Shown: positions 29,812 to 40,364, counted from the first letter of the stretch. The stretch: DNA of 64,000 nt from Patescibacteria group bacterium (GCA_042568575.1 JBHPIO010000004.1:26522-90521), one strand, 5' to 3'. The notes: generated by a model from the sequence alone, not told the origin. Program-made: numbers and translations.

Positions 29812-30444
29812 ATGACTTCATTTGGTGACTTAATATATTTTCTCGTAGCGCTGATAGTAGCGATTTCTGTACATGAGGCGGCACATGCTTTTGTCGCATA
29901 TAAACTCGGTGATCCAACGGCAAAGCATCAAGGAAGGCTTACTTTAAACCCTTTAAAGCACCTAGATCCACTTGGAACTTTGATGATTTTCATTGCAAGA
30001 TTTGGCTGGGGAAAACCAGTTCCTGTAAATCCATACAACTTCAAAAATCCGGTTCGCGACTCGGCAATAGTTTCTTTGGCAGGGCCGATGTCTAACTTTG
30101 CAGTGGCGCTAATATGCTCAATCCCCCTTAAATATTTTCCGGAAGTAATACCAGTAGAAGGGCTCAACCTTCTGTGGATAACACTCAATTTAAACATCCT
30201 ACTTGGAGTATTTAACTTACTTCCATTTCCTCCGCTAGACGGTTCAAAAATCTTCGCAGTCTTTGTTCCCAAAAAGCACCAGGAAGGATATTTTCGCTTT
30301 CTCAAAAGAGCGCAACCATACTTTTTCGCCTTTATCTTAATAGATCTTTTCTTGTTAAGGCGTTACCTTGGTTTTTCGATTTTGTGGAAAGTGCTTGGCA
30401 CGCTCTTCGACGCCGTGAGCGTGTTGATCTTTTTAGGTGGCTAA
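29812..30444 (+). CDS. Site-2 protease (M50)
   Basis: HEAAH, GDPT, LAGP.SN, FNLLPFPPLDG. Confidence 0.93.
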   Translation: MTSFGDLIYFLVALIVAISVHEAAHAFVAYKLGDPTAKHQGRLTLNPLKHLDPLGTLMIFIARFGWGKPVPVNPYNFKNPVRDSAIVSLAGPMSNFAVALICSIPLKYFPEVIPVEGLNLLWITLNLNILLGVFNLLPFPPLDGSKIFAVFVPKKHQEGYFRFLKRAQPYFFAFILIDLFLLRRYLGFSILWKVLGTLFDAVSVLIFLGG

Positions 30445-30459
30445 AAAGAGTACCGGGCA

Positions 30460-33400
30460 CTACTTTTTCTTCCCTTTCGCTTTTCGCTTAAGGTAGATTC
30501 CAGTAAAGATTAGTCCGATACCAACGATGAAGATTAGAAGCCATACGTATCCTGGGAAGATTAGTTCTTCGCCAAGAGCGATTCCGTGTAGAACTTGAGC
30601 AAGTGGTTCTTTAACTACGAAGTTTACGACAACTAGTTTACTCATCGCTCCGTCGGAAGGACGAACCGCGTAAACTGAAACTTTGTGTTCACCTTTACCT
30701 AGAGACTTAGGAGCTTGTAGTCGGAACTCACCAGTAGTAAGATCAGATACGATTCCAGAAGCACCAATCACACTTTCCCAGATTCCAGACACTTCATAGT
30801 TTGGACCAGTCTTACCAAGAAGCATTGGCTGGTCGTCTTTAATTATAACCTCAAGTCCTTCAAGAACGATTTCGTCTGTAATAGTTTCTGTAGAAAGTCT
30901 TTCCGGCTTTGGCTCTTGAACGCTTAGTGAAGAATCAAGCGATACAGAGATTAGCGGTGATTCAAGAACCTGTCTATTGTCAGGGTCAAGCATCTTCGCA
31001 AGAACGTAGAATTCACCATCCAGAAGCTCTTCTTCAACCTGTAGAGTGAAGACGTTGTTGTCGTCTACAGCAGTTGTTCCAATAAGCACTTCGTGACCAA
31101 ATTCATTTCTTAAGTAGATTTTAATTTCAGCACCAGGTATTGAACCAAATCCTTGGAAGAACGGTTTAAGCTCAGTAAGGATTGTTCCGTCTTTAATATT
31201 AGTGAATCGAACACCTGCATCATTAAGGTTTGTATCTGCATTCGGATCGGTTCTATATACAAGCACTTCTTCTCCATCCAATAATCCATCACCATCGGTG
31301 TCAGGGTTTGTAGGGTCTGTGTTGTGTCTGTATTCAAGTAGGTTTGAAAGACCATCGCCATCGAAGTCATCAGAACCATTTTGAGTGCTTATTCCATATT
31401 GAAGTTCCCAAGCATCGTCAATTCCATTTCCATTTGCATCTTGTGGGAAATCAGCAGCATCTGTTGGGTCGCTACCAAGGGCAATTTCAACTCCGTCTGT
31501 AAAGCTATCACCATCAGTATCAGATTTTGTAGGATCTGTACCATATGTATTTACCTCATCACCATCGCTAATATTATCGTAATCAGTATCAGTTAATAAA
31601 GGATTAGAATTATAAAGGGTCAGCTCATCACCATCGTTAAGATCATCGTTGTCGGTATCTTCAGATTCTGGATTAGTTAAGAAGATGAAGCTTTCATCTC
31701 TATCTATAATTGTATCGTTATCAGTATCTTCAAATCCTGTGTCGCCAAGGTTTTTGTAATACGCATAGTATTCAGCCATAGTATTGTTTAACCACGTAGG
31801 GTTACAAACCTCAGCAGGCCTTTGTTTAACAGCCGGATCACAAGCCAGCACACCAATTTCGCATGCTAAATTATAATACGGAGGTTCCCACCATTCGTTT
31901 AGATCTGCTGCACTCTTAGCTACATTATCAAGATTTTGTTCTCCACCAATTTTTGCCACGTATTCATCGTAATATTCCCATTCTTGACCAAGCACAGACC
32001 AGTTCAACATTTTAATTACTTCTCTACGACGAGTGTTTTGATTTGGTTTAAATGGACTTCCTGCTTCTTCATAATAACCTTGCACCATTCTTGAACGAGT
32101 CGCGAACAAAATTCCGTCTTCATGATTTTGAGAAACAGCAGCTTCACCTTCTAAAAGAGGGCCGCTTGTTGTTGTAAACACATCGGGATAATAACTGCTT
32201 GAGTTTGCATTGTGACTTGAGTGAATCTTAAATGGAAGCATACAGTTGTCCCAATTTTCTAGACAAGCCTTGTCTTTTGCTGCAAATCTTTCTTCTAATT
32301 CAAATTTATCAATTATTGACGCAACAACTTCTTTACGAGTACATCCTGGAATGGGTTCTTCTGGAATTTCTGCTGCTTCGTGAAGTTCTACAACCTCTTC
32401 TTCTTCTTCGTATACACATTCAGGACATGGCTCTGGCTCAGGACATTCAAGTGGTTCCGCCGGAGGTGTAGGCTCTGTTGGTTCAGATGGTGGAGCTTCC
32501 CATAAACATAAAGAACTACATCCATCGCCGTCGGTAGTATTTCCGTCATCACATTGTTCACCAACGCTATATGTTGGGATTCCATCTCCACAAACAGGGT
32601 CTGGTGGCGGTGGCTCATAAGTTCTAAAGCTACCATTTCGAGTAGTACAATTTGGTCCAGGGTTTGTGTTAGCATCACAAATAGTTACTCTAACTGAAAC
32701 ATTTTCTCCTTCTGCAAAATTTGCCACAGGATCTGTTTCTACTCTATAAACACCGCTTGATTCATCTACTGTTGTTTGAGATGAAGTGTTTGTGTACCCA
32801 ACGCCTTTAATTGTATAAGTTAAACTGTTGATATCAACTCCCGCACGATCGTCTGTTAGAGAGAAAACAACGTTTGTATCTACTGGATTTCCTCCTGATC
32901 CGTTTGGAGGGAGAATAAAGTTAACTGTTGGAGGAGTTGTATCTGGATTACAGAAACCAACACCATCAACCTCTTTGTTATATCTTTCATTAATTGAGAA
33001 AGTTTTGTTTGATGTAGAAGTAAGAATGTCTGTAAGAGTAGCTGCATCCACTATTAGATTGTCATTTGGGGCAGTTCCAAAAGTTAAAGTCATTCCTGTT
33101 TCTCCCATTTTTGGCTCAAGATCGATTGTTCCAAATGTTCCAATGCCGGTAAATCCTCCGGTTCCTCCAAAACGCGATCCGCTAAGCTGGAGCATCGTTC
33201 CAATAATATTATTAAAAGTTTCCATTGGAAGCGGAGATCCTACAGACATGCTATTGAAGGTAATTTCGCTACTATTAAAATTAATTGTTGTATCCGCAGC
33301 AAAAACACCTTTGCCTTCCGTATCCATCATAATTTCAACAGTTCCGTCGCAACCTTCAATTAGACCACTGTTGTCCTTAAAGTACAAAGTAGCTGCTAAA

Positions 33401-33486
33401 GCCTCTGGCATAATCATAGTAAATCCCATGATTAAGAACAGGAGGTGCGCGCTAATACGTTTTGTGAGGGATATATTTGATTTCAT
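30460..33486 (-). CDS. Membrane-anchored scaffold: cohesin-like, Ig, Cys-rich (DUF4215-like) repeat, SLH-like, TSP3-like Ca-binding repeats, Ig, C-terminal TM
   Basis: Signal peptide; V.I..DT....AAD..I.F cohesin pattern; [21 protein letters not shown]; VQGY....PFKP.Q..RR.E; DTDxDGLxDGxE repeats; TM plus KRKAKGKKK. Confidence 0.7.
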   Translation of the reverse strand: MKSNISLTKRISAHLLFLIMGFTMIMPEALAATLYFKDNSGLIEGCDGTVEIMMDTEGKGVFAADTTINFNSSEITFNSMSVGSPLPMETFNNIIGTMLQLSGSRFGGTGGFTGIGTFGTIDLEPKMGETGMTLTFGTAPNDNLIVDAATLTDILTSTSNKTFSINERYNKEVDGVGFCNPDTTPPTVNFILPPNGSGGNPVDTNVVFSLTDDRAGVDINSLTYTIKGVGYTNTSSQTTVDESSGVYRVETDPVANFAEGENVSVRVTICDANTNPGPNCTTRNGSFRTYEPPPPDPVCGDGIPTYSVGEQCDDGNTTDGDGCSSLCLWEAPPSEPTEPTPPAEPLECPEPEPCPECVYEEEEEVVELHEAAEIPEEPIPGCTRKEVVASIIDKFELEERFAAKDKACLENWDNCMLPFKIHSSHNANSSSYYPDVFTTTSGPLLEGEAAVSQNHEDGILFATRSRMVQGYYEEAGSPFKPNQNTRRREVIKMLNWSVLGQEWEYYDEYVAKIGGEQNLDNVAKSAADLNEWWEPPYYNLACEIGVLACDPAVKQRPAEVCNPTWLNNTMAEYYAYYKNLGDTGFEDTDNDTIIDRDESFIFLTNPESEDTDNDDLNDGDELTLYNSNPLLTDTDYDNISDGDEVNTYGTDPTKSDTDGDSFTDGVEIALGSDPTDAADFPQDANGNGIDDAWELQYGISTQNGSDDFDGDGLSNLLEYRHNTDPTNPDTDGDGLLDGEEVLVYRTDPNADTNLNDAGVRFTNIKDGTILTELKPFFQGFGSIPGAEIKIYLRNEFGHEVLIGTTAVDDNNVFTLQVEEELLDGEFYVLAKMLDPDNRQVLESPLISVSLDSSLSVQEPKPERLSTETITDEIVLEGLEVIIKDDQPMLLGKTGPNYEVSGIWESVIGASGIVSDLTTGEFRLQAPKSLGKGEHKVSVYAVRPSDGAMSKLVVVNFVVKEPLAQVLHGIALGEELIFPGYVWLLIFIVGIGLIFTGIYLKRKAKGKKK

Positions 33487-33531
33487 TTTTATTTTAATTT
33501 GTCTAAATATTATATCATAAAACGACGGCTT

Positions 33532-35076
33532 TTAAAAGGCCTGAGAGGCAAAATATTCACCTTCTTCTCGGTAGTTCCAAAGTAGCACTGCAATATCGAG
33601 AGCATTTACGATTTCTTCTTTTGTTAAATCGCTAACATTTGTACCTTCTTCTCGGTATGAATTAAGCATTCTTGCTATGTCCAAGGCGTTTACGTAGTTG
33701 TCATCATATATATCACCTGCTGTTAATTCGAAGACGTCAGCAAATGTGAAGTCGAGTTCTACACGCTCTGTTGTTTCAAGAATTATCACATCCCTAACGA
33801 TTTTTGTATTATGAGCCTCACCATTTAGGGCGATATCGTAAGTTCCCGTCATCAATTCTCTTTGGTGCTCCTTAAGACCATATGAATCTAACGTGATAAG
33901 GTCTGTTTCTAGAGTTCCGGCACCATGTTTAAAAAAAGTTAACTGAGAATTAAGTCCTAAATTTGGTGTAGAATCGATAATTGTACGATATTCAGGTTTT
34001 CCTTTAATATCGAAAATAACCTCTACAAGAAGTTCTTCTTCACATAAAGAGCTACAACCATCGCCGTCAATTAAGTTTCCGTCGTCACATGCTTCGCCAG
34101 CATCAAGGATTCCGTCTCCACATTCAGGAAGCTCTTCTTCACAAGCAGCACTACATCCGTCGCCGTTTATGGTGTTTCCGTCATCACATTCCTCTCCAGG
34201 CTCTCTCAAGTTATTTCCGCATACTGGATCTGTGCCACCGCCACCTCCAGCTGGGGGAGGGTCAGGGTCGCCGCCACCTCCGGTATCTTCAAACTGAGTT
34301 GAGAACACAACGTCTGAATACGGACTTAATCCTTCGTTATTTAATGGATCCGGATCGTTATCCTGACTTTGAACGTCATAAAAATATGTTTCGCCTATAG
34401 TTAGGCTATTAAAAGTATGTGAATAAGTTTGTGCAGGATTGCTGCAGTCATTCCATCCGCTTTCTGCAACTGTTGCTGCTGCTGGATCTAATGCAAGGTT
34501 TTCAAGGCTTGCTCGCACGTTACAAGTTAGGTTTATTGCATCTACTCCGTCTACTACCCCGTTGTTGTCAAAGAAGATCGTATTACTAGTTCCTTCGGTG
34601 ACACCAGGTTCTGCTTGAATGTTTGGTGCGGGAAGGTTTGAGGAAGGGGTGCAGGTGGTAACTACTCCTGAGCTCTGCAAAACTCCTGCTTCTGAAGTGA
34701 GGGTGAAAATATAGGTCCAACCAATAACAAGATCGGTTATATTTGTATTAGGAGGATAAAATGAAATATCATCAGGCGTAGTGGATCCTGGAAAAGGATT
34801 AAGATCTCTTAGCGTCAAACTTACACCAGGCCCTTGAGGACCGTCGATAACTAGCGCTTGATTATCTATATTTGGGGTAACACTAGTTGTCCAGTTTAAA
34901 CCACATTCCCCCGACCCTCCTCCTATATCTGTAGCGACGAAACCCGTCGCATCTGCAGGGAGTACGGTTACTGAAACTGGAACATCGCCAACGTCTGCTT
35001 TAACTTGCAAAGCAGGCCCCAAAACGAAGGACAAAACTATTATAATGGCAATTTCGCACAAAACCCGTTTAAACAT
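33532..35076 (-). CDS. Secreted adaptor: pilin-like N-terminal strand, FN3-like domains, Cys-rich repeats, C-terminal dockerin
   Basis: Mature N-terminus [11 protein letters not shown]; duplicated dockerin loops [18 protein letters not shown] and [18 protein letters not shown]. Confidence 0.75.
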   Translation of the reverse strand: MFKRVLCEIAIIIVLSFVLGPALQVKADVGDVPVSVTVLPADATGFVATDIGGGSGECGLNWTTSVTPNIDNQALVIDGPQGPGVSLTLRDLNPFPGSTTPDDISFYPPNTNITDLVIGWTYIFTLTSEAGVLQSSGVVTTCTPSSNLPAPNIQAEPGVTEGTSNTIFFDNNGVVDGVDAINLTCNVRASLENLALDPAAATVAESGWNDCSNPAQTYSHTFNSLTIGETYFYDVQSQDNDPDPLNNEGLSPYSDVVFSTQFEDTGGGGDPDPPPAGGGGGTDPVCGNNLREPGEECDDGNTINGDGCSAACEEELPECGDGILDAGEACDDGNLIDGDGCSSLCEEELLVEVIFDIKGKPEYRTIIDSTPNLGLNSQLTFFKHGAGTLETDLITLDSYGLKEHQRELMTGTYDIALNGEAHNTKIVRDVIILETTERVELDFTFADVFELTAGDIYDDNYVNALDIARMLNSYREEGTNVSDLTKEEIVNALDIAVLLWNYREEGEYFASQAF

Positions 35077-35108
35077 ATTTTATTTTGTTTTTATTCTCTA
35101 TCTCTTAT

Positions 35109-35137
35109 ATTTTACAACATTTTGAGGGAAATATCAA
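35109..35137 (-). promoter_or_regulatory. sigma70 promoter of the dockerin-cohesin pair
   Basis: TTGATA-17 bp-TAAAAT. Confidence 0.55.
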
Positions 35138-35159
35138 CCCTCTTTGGCCTATATTTCAA

Positions 35160-35189
35160 TAAAAGCCAGAAGTTAATCTCTGGCTTTTA
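35160..35189. terminator. Intrinsic terminator
   Basis: AAAAGCCAGA/TCTGGCTTTT. Confidence 0.7.
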
Positions 35190-35208
35190 TCTCTAAATTT
35201 GTACTAAT

Positions 35209-36540
35209 TTACTCCTCCATTTTTTCTAATTTCTTTTTCATTTTCGCGTATTTCGAAGCTCCCTTGTAAATACCAAAAATCACAAGACCCAAGATAATAA
35301 CGATGATTATTAATTGCCACCAACTAATTACCCAAAATGCAATACTCTGTGTTGTAGAACTTGCACCGTCATTAAATGTGAAAGTTAAATCCGCAGAATA
35401 ATAACCTAGGGCAAGTCCAGAATCCCAGACTGCTCTTTCTCCAAGGTTCATTGATCCTGCTGGCAAAAGCTTGTATCCGTCTGGATAAAGATTTACTGTT
35501 TCTTTCGGCATACCGAAGGCATTTTTGATCTCGATTGTTGCGCTTCCTGAAATCAAATTCGAACTATTGTTTATAAGGTTTCCTTCAAATTCTACCGGTA
35601 AGCTGGAATGGAATGACGAAGTGCTAAAATTCTCAATTATTACTTCTTCTGTAATTTCAAACTCTGCTTCTTCTTCGAAATTAGTAGTTTCGCCATTGAC
35701 AGCATAATAGGCTGCTAATTTAGCTTTATATTTGCCTGGTTTAATATTAAGACCACCAACTTTAGTTTTTATCTCTTTCGATATATTTGGATAGGCAGAA
35801 GACAGAGACGGGTTGAAAGGAACAACATCTTTAAAGCCTTTCGTTATAGTCTCTTCACCTACTTCCTCAGTAATTCTTATGATGTTTTCAACTTGTTCGT
35901 CGTTCTCATCATAAATTGTAATATTCCCCATAGGGGCTATAGCTATATTTCCTTCATTTGTAAATTTGGCTACAAATGACAAAACCCCGTTTTTCAACAA
36001 CTCTTCATCTGCAAAAAACTCTTCTAATTCAAGAGAAGCATTTACATCTCCTAAAACATTCACTTCAACAAGAAGAAACACTCTTCCCGAAACGCCAACA
36101 CCAACGGGTTCACCTGTATCTGTCGTTGGAACATGTTTTGTCAAAGACACTGCGGCCAGGTGTGTTCCGGGTGATGCGTCTGCAGGGATATCAAAGCCCA
36201 TCGTAACCTCTATTTGATCATTGGCTGGAACAGAAAGCGGCAAGGTTGCTCCAATTTTTACCCAAGATTCTGCACTGTAAGGAGGCTTAGGATCCTCAGG
36301 AGCTAGGAAAGTTTGATTCCCATCTTCTCTAAGAATATAACTCATTGGCACAAAATCGTACTTTTCCGGCTTTTCAGTCGGGTTGATTACGTTGATAGTT
36401 CTCTCTATAGTTTCTCCTGGATTACCCTCTACCACAACTTTTCCTGGCATTAAACCAAGAGCTGCAGCACTATTTACTAAAGTTACCCACAAAATAATTG
36501 GGAGGGCTACAACTAACATTTTTTGAAAAACTTTCATCAT
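35209..36540 (-). CDS. Membrane-anchored DUF916/PapD-like chaperone
   Basis: Signal peptide, G..P......PGE.....I.V.N, SW, IPADASPGTH.A.V, N.GN....P.G, C-terminal TM and basic tail. Confidence 0.65.
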   Translation of the reverse strand: MMKVFQKMLVVALPIILWVTLVNSAAALGLMPGKVVVEGNPGETIERTINVINPTEKPEKYDFVPMSYILREDGNQTFLAPEDPKPPYSAESWVKIGATLPLSVPANDQIEVTMGFDIPADASPGTHLAAVSLTKHVPTTDTGEPVGVGVSGRVFLLVEVNVLGDVNASLELEEFFADEELLKNGVLSFVAKFTNEGNIAIAPMGNITIYDENDEQVENIIRITEEVGEETITKGFKDVVPFNPSLSSAYPNISKEIKTKVGGLNIKPGKYKAKLAAYYAVNGETTNFEEEAEFEITEEVIIENFSTSSFHSSLPVEFEGNLINNSSNLISGSATIEIKNAFGMPKETVNLYPDGYKLLPAGSMNLGERAVWDSGLALGYYSADLTFTFNDGASSTTQSIAFWVISWWQLIIIVIILGLVIFGIYKGASKYAKMKKKLEKMEE

Positions 36541-36605
36541 TTTCGGCAGGTTAAATTATGTAATTCACAACTGATATTATACCTAACTCTATTACAAAAA
36601 TCCAT

Positions 36606-36644
36606 AAAAAAACAAGGGCGGCATATAGAGCTACCCTTGTTTTT
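36606..36644 (-). terminator. Intrinsic terminator after the major subunit gene
   Basis: AAACAAGGG/CCCTTGTTT stem with a T tract on the minus strand. Confidence 0.75.
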
Positions 36645-36661
36645 AATTTAGATTCAAAAGA

Positions 36662-37261
36662 CTATGATCCAACGATCAAGTTAAGAACCCAAGTATCAGA
36701 ATATGCTTCAGAAACCTGATCAGTATTAGTTGATACAGCCATACCTAATGTGAAATTGTCTAAGTCGTTTACATTAGTTTCGTCATCAATTGGACGACCA
36801 GTTTCAGTTGCTTGTGCTGCACAAACAGAAGTTGTACCAGTACAAGTAGCAACTGTATCACCAGCAGCAGTACTCATGTAGTATCCTACTTCAGCAGTTC
36901 CAGCAGCTGGATCTTGTCCAGTAAATACTGATCCTGGGAAATCGTCTACACCTTCAACAAAGTCAGTTGGACCGGCAATACAACCAGTTTGTGTACAACC
37001 TTCAGTACCATCATTGGTATCTGTTACGTAAACATCATGAGTACCATTAGCACTTACGATGAAGTTACAAGATGCACTAGTTTCTGCGTTTGCTCCAAGA
37101 GAAGCAACGATAAGTCCACCTGGAGTATCACACGCATCCATGTCAAGGATAACACCTGCATCTACAGTTACTGAAACAGGAACGTCTCCTGTAGCAGCGA
37201 AAGCTACAGATGAGATAGCAACCATTGCAACAAGTGCACCTAAAGCGATAAGCTTTTTCAT
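36662..37261 (-). CDS. Putative major fibre subunit (WxL/CS1-like pilin)
   Basis: Signal peptide ending AFA; N-terminal strand [11 protein letters not shown]; C-terminal AYSDTWVLNL; own promoter and terminator. Confidence 0.65.
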   Translation of the reverse strand: MKKLIALGALVAMVAISSVAFAATGDVPVSVTVDAGVILDMDACDTPGGLIVASLGANAETSASCNFIVSANGTHDVYVTDTNDGTEGCTQTGCIAGPTDFVEGVDDFPGSVFTGQDPAAGTAEVGYYMSTAAGDTVATCTGTTSVCAAQATETGRPIDDETNVNDLDNFTLGMAVSTNTDQVSEAYSDTWVLNLIVGS

Positions 37262-37387
37262 TTTTGTTTTGGTTAATTATAAAGCTTTACAATTATCCCC
37301 TTTCCCCCGTGTCCCTTTTGTTCCGCCTCGACCAGTACGGCAACATTATAGAAATTTAGTCGTATTTTTATTTTGTGTTCATGTAAT

Positions 37388-37416
37388 ATTATATAACATC
37401 GGGCAGACAAAGTCAA
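37388..37416 (-). promoter_or_regulatory. sigma70 promoter of the major subunit
   Basis: TTGACT-17 bp-TATAAT. Confidence 0.75.
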
Positions 37417-37419
37417 ACA

Positions 37420-38493
37420 TTAAATTTTCTTTGATTTGCCCTTTTTACTGCCCCTTTTTGGCTTATACCACCAAAAATGACAATCTCTTTTATTTCCTGC
37501 ACATATTATTCCGCATTTTACAAAATACGCAAAGAATAAGGCAAAAAGGAAAATTGCCAGTACACTAGCAACAGCTTGATATGTTTGTGTTGTTTTAATA
37601 GCAGCTCCTCGCAGAGCATCTATATCAAGATTTTCTATATCATCTTCATGTAGAATTACTTCTTTATCTTTGGTGATTTCTAAAACAGCTTTTGTTTGAA
37701 ACGCTTTTCCTTGTTCGGTATTTCCAGATAATGCAACATAATAAGTTCCAGCAGGGAAGTTTTCAAAAGGACATTTTGCAACAAAAGTTTTTTGATGTTG
37801 TGGAAGCACTGAATCATTTCCTTCGTTGAGAGTCATTATATGCATTAATTCGCCTTGCTCGCTAAATAATTCAACAGATCCAGAAGGGGTACTATGTACA
37901 TTCCCATCGTTATACATAACCACTTGAAGCTCCAATGATTTATCATTTTCTTGAACTACAACATCTCTTAAGGAAATGTTCTCAAACAGACTTCCTTCTA
38001 CCCCCAAAAGTACTAAATGAGCTAATTTTAAACTCAAACTTCCACTAATTGAACTTTCTGATCCAGACGTGTTTCTAATTGGCAACGATTCAATGAAGAG
38101 TGCGCCATAATACCCTCTAGATTCAACTCCTTCAGGGATAGAGATTTCATAAGGAATAATCTTTCTTTCTTTAGCGTCAACATAAATTGGTCCCTGTGGA
38201 AGGTTGATCCACTCTGTAAAACTATTGCCTAAATCTTCCGATTTGCTGTACACGATATCTTCAGTATCGTCATTATAGTTAAAGTCGTTTTTCTTTAAAT
38301 ATATGAGCCTTGGCCCATCTGCGGAATTATATATAGAGACTTGTCCTTTCAAAACATCTCCAGGAATACCGCTATATTCAACTTGCATTGGAGATGTACC
38401 AGTAGCGAGAACGCCTACAGCCATATGGGCGGTTGCAATTATTAGTATCGTAATCTGAAGTATTGCCTTTTTGTAACTAAATAATACTTTCAT
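37420..38493 (-). CDS. Membrane-anchored DUF916/PapD-like chaperone
   Basis: GTSP....PGD, EWI, ISIPE..ESRGYYGALF, LAHLVLL.VEG, N.GNVH.TP.G, TM and Lys tail; paralog of the N-half of 38504-40360. Confidence 0.65.
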   Translation of the reverse strand: MKVLFSYKKAILQITILIIATAHMAVGVLATGTSPMQVEYSGIPGDVLKGQVSIYNSADGPRLIYLKKNDFNYNDDTEDIVYSKSEDLGNSFTEWINLPQGPIYVDAKERKIIPYEISIPEGVESRGYYGALFIESLPIRNTSGSESSISGSLSLKLAHLVLLGVEGSLFENISLRDVVVQENDKSLELQVVMYNDGNVHSTPSGSVELFSEQGELMHIMTLNEGNDSVLPQHQKTFVAKCPFENFPAGTYYVALSGNTEQGKAFQTKAVLEITKDKEVILHEDDIENLDIDALRGAAIKTTQTYQAVASVLAIFLFALFFAYFVKCGIICAGNKRDCHFWWYKPKRGSKKGKSKKI

Positions 38494-38503
38494 CTACCCA
38501 AAG

Positions 38504-40360
38504 TTAAGGCGTTGTGTTTAAGGTAAAAGTAACAGTCATACTATAAGTTCCTGAAGTTACAGAGAAGTCATCACCCATTCCAAATCGCACTTCAAACGTT
38601 TCATTGGTAATATTTGTTCCTGCGGGAACGTCGAATATTGTTTGTGGGGTGCCGCTAGGTGGAATTAAGTGGTAGCAAGGACGATCGGTGTCTGCTCCAC
38701 AAGTAGTGTCATCGTATGTTCGTTGCGTGCTATAAGTTGTCCCTCCCGCCGTTCCATCATCCGTTGCGGGATCTAATGTAACTGTAGATGTATTTAGGAT
38801 GAAAAATCCGTGTTCTCCGTCGGTTGCAGGGTATTCGTCATTTGGGCTACCTGTTGGATCAGGATCTTCATTTTCTAAATTATAATCAAACCCCGCACCG
38901 CTAGACCCAGCCATATCAGGAACAGTGTTTGCTCCACTCAAGAAATTTGTACCATGTAAAGTTATGTCATATGCAGACCAGCCTGAAGCAGTAACTTGCA
39001 GCTGACAATCATTGTATCCGAAGGCATTGTTAGTGGTGGGGGAGAGATTTCCATAAGGGTCTCCGCCAACAGTATCGTAAAATGTATAAGGATCTCCGCC
39101 CACGCCCGCTTCTCTATCTGAAGGCTGGAGTAGTGGAGCGGTTGTATCTGTATATCCCCAGCTGTCTCCACCTGCGTCTTCCCAGCAACCATTTAAATCA
39201 ATGGCTTCCACCTGCGGCTCCGCCACAGTCATATTAACTGAAATATCGTCTGAATCTTGCGCTGCAACGGAAGGAATGAAAGTCATTCCGCATAGAAGCA
39301 TCATTGTGAATAGTCCTAAGAATCGTTTTTTCTTTTTGCCGTGTTTCCCGTGTTTCTTATGTTTTTTTCTACCTGGCAAACAACCACATTTCGAAACGCT
39401 CACTACAACGATTGTTGCACCTAATAGCACCGCAAGTATTGCTAAAGGCAGAACTAATCCGCCATTTTTTTTCTGACCAATTACATCGTCGTAGCTTTTG
39501 TGAAGTTCGGTTCCGAGCATTACTGGCTCGCCGTCTCCTGTTATTTCAAACGCCATTTCTGCGCTGAATGATTGGTTTTCTTTTGTCTTTCCGTCGATAT
39601 ATGCGAAGTATTTTCCGCCGGCTCGCTCTGAATAGTCCCATCTACTTACTAGCGTTTTTTGTCGACTAGGCAAGTTGTTAAAAAGGTCTTCGTTAAGCGG
39701 GAATTCGTCGACTACTTCGTGTCCGGAATCGGTGATAATCATGCGTCCTTCCGGAGCGGTGTGTGTGTTTCCGCTATTGAATAGCTTTGTTTCGAACCGG
39801 ATTTCTTTTACTCCTTCTTCGACTGCTTCGTTTTTCATCATTTCAAAACCCTGAAGCTCTACATTTGCATGCAGGCTTCCTTCTACTTCTAGCAAAATTA
39901 AGTGTGCAATGTTTGTTGATACTCCGATTCCACTCTCTTCTCCTACTTCTCCAACTGCTTTTCCTCCTACAAATATTACTCCGTAATAACTTTGAGACTC
40001 TGCGTCTTCCGGGATTGTTACTGAGTATTTCATTTCTACTCTTCCCCCTGGCTCTAAAGGCAAGTTGTTATCCTGAATCTCAATCCATTCCTGCATACTC
40101 CACTCATTTTCTTCATCGACTTCCATTAAAAACTGCATTGCTTCATTTTCACGAACTCTGAAATCTCCTTTTGTTAGGACCGCTTCTTGAGCTTCGCCTG
40201 CAGTGTTTTGCACTATAATATATCCTTCAACTGTTTCTCCTGGGGCTGCTTTAAGATTAGCACGAAGAGGTGCTGCACCTATTGCTGCTGCCGTTGGGGC
40301 TAACATCGTGAAGAGCATGAATAATGCAAAAATTGAAATGTAAGTTTGTAGTTTTTTCAT
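38504..40360 (-). CDS. Chaperone-pilin polyprotein
   Basis: DUF916-like domains, TM, KKHKKHGKHGKKKKR linker, second signal peptide ending SVAA, then QDSDDISVNMTV...SGTYSMTVTFTLNTTP. Confidence 0.65.
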   Translation of the reverse strand: MKKLQTYISIFALFMLFTMLAPTAAAIGAAPLRANLKAAPGETVEGYIIVQNTAGEAQEAVLTKGDFRVRENEAMQFLMEVDEENEWSMQEWIEIQDNNLPLEPGGRVEMKYSVTIPEDAESQSYYGVIFVGGKAVGEVGEESGIGVSTNIAHLILLEVEGSLHANVELQGFEMMKNEAVEEGVKEIRFETKLFNSGNTHTAPEGRMIITDSGHEVVDEFPLNEDLFNNLPSRQKTLVSRWDYSERAGGKYFAYIDGKTKENQSFSAEMAFEITGDGEPVMLGTELHKSYDDVIGQKKNGGLVLPLAILAVLLGATIVVVSVSKCGCLPGRKKHKKHGKHGKKKKRFLGLFTMMLLCGMTFIPSVAAQDSDDISVNMTVAEPQVEAIDLNGCWEDAGGDSWGYTDTTAPLLQPSDREAGVGGDPYTFYDTVGGDPYGNLSPTTNNAFGYNDCQLQVTASGWSAYDITLHGTNFLSGANTVPDMAGSSGAGFDYNLENEDPDPTGSPNDEYPATDGEHGFFILNTSTVTLDPATDDGTAGGTTYSTQRTYDDTTCGADTDRPCYHLIPPSGTPQTIFDVPAGTNITNETFEVRFGMGDDFSVTSGTYSMTVTFTLNTTP

Positions 40361-40364
40361 ATTA

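Noticed and set aside
29360-29923. Several short ORFs
   Set aside because: They overlap tRNA-Ser, the 6S promoter or the S2P gene and show no protein-like motifs.
31200-31740. DNA-level repeats in the scaffold gene
   Set aside because: Explained by TSP3-like Ca-binding protein repeats.
30460-35076. Cellulosome
   Set aside because: There is a single cohesin-like domain and no glycoside hydrolase; the dockerin partner carries a pilin-like strand instead.
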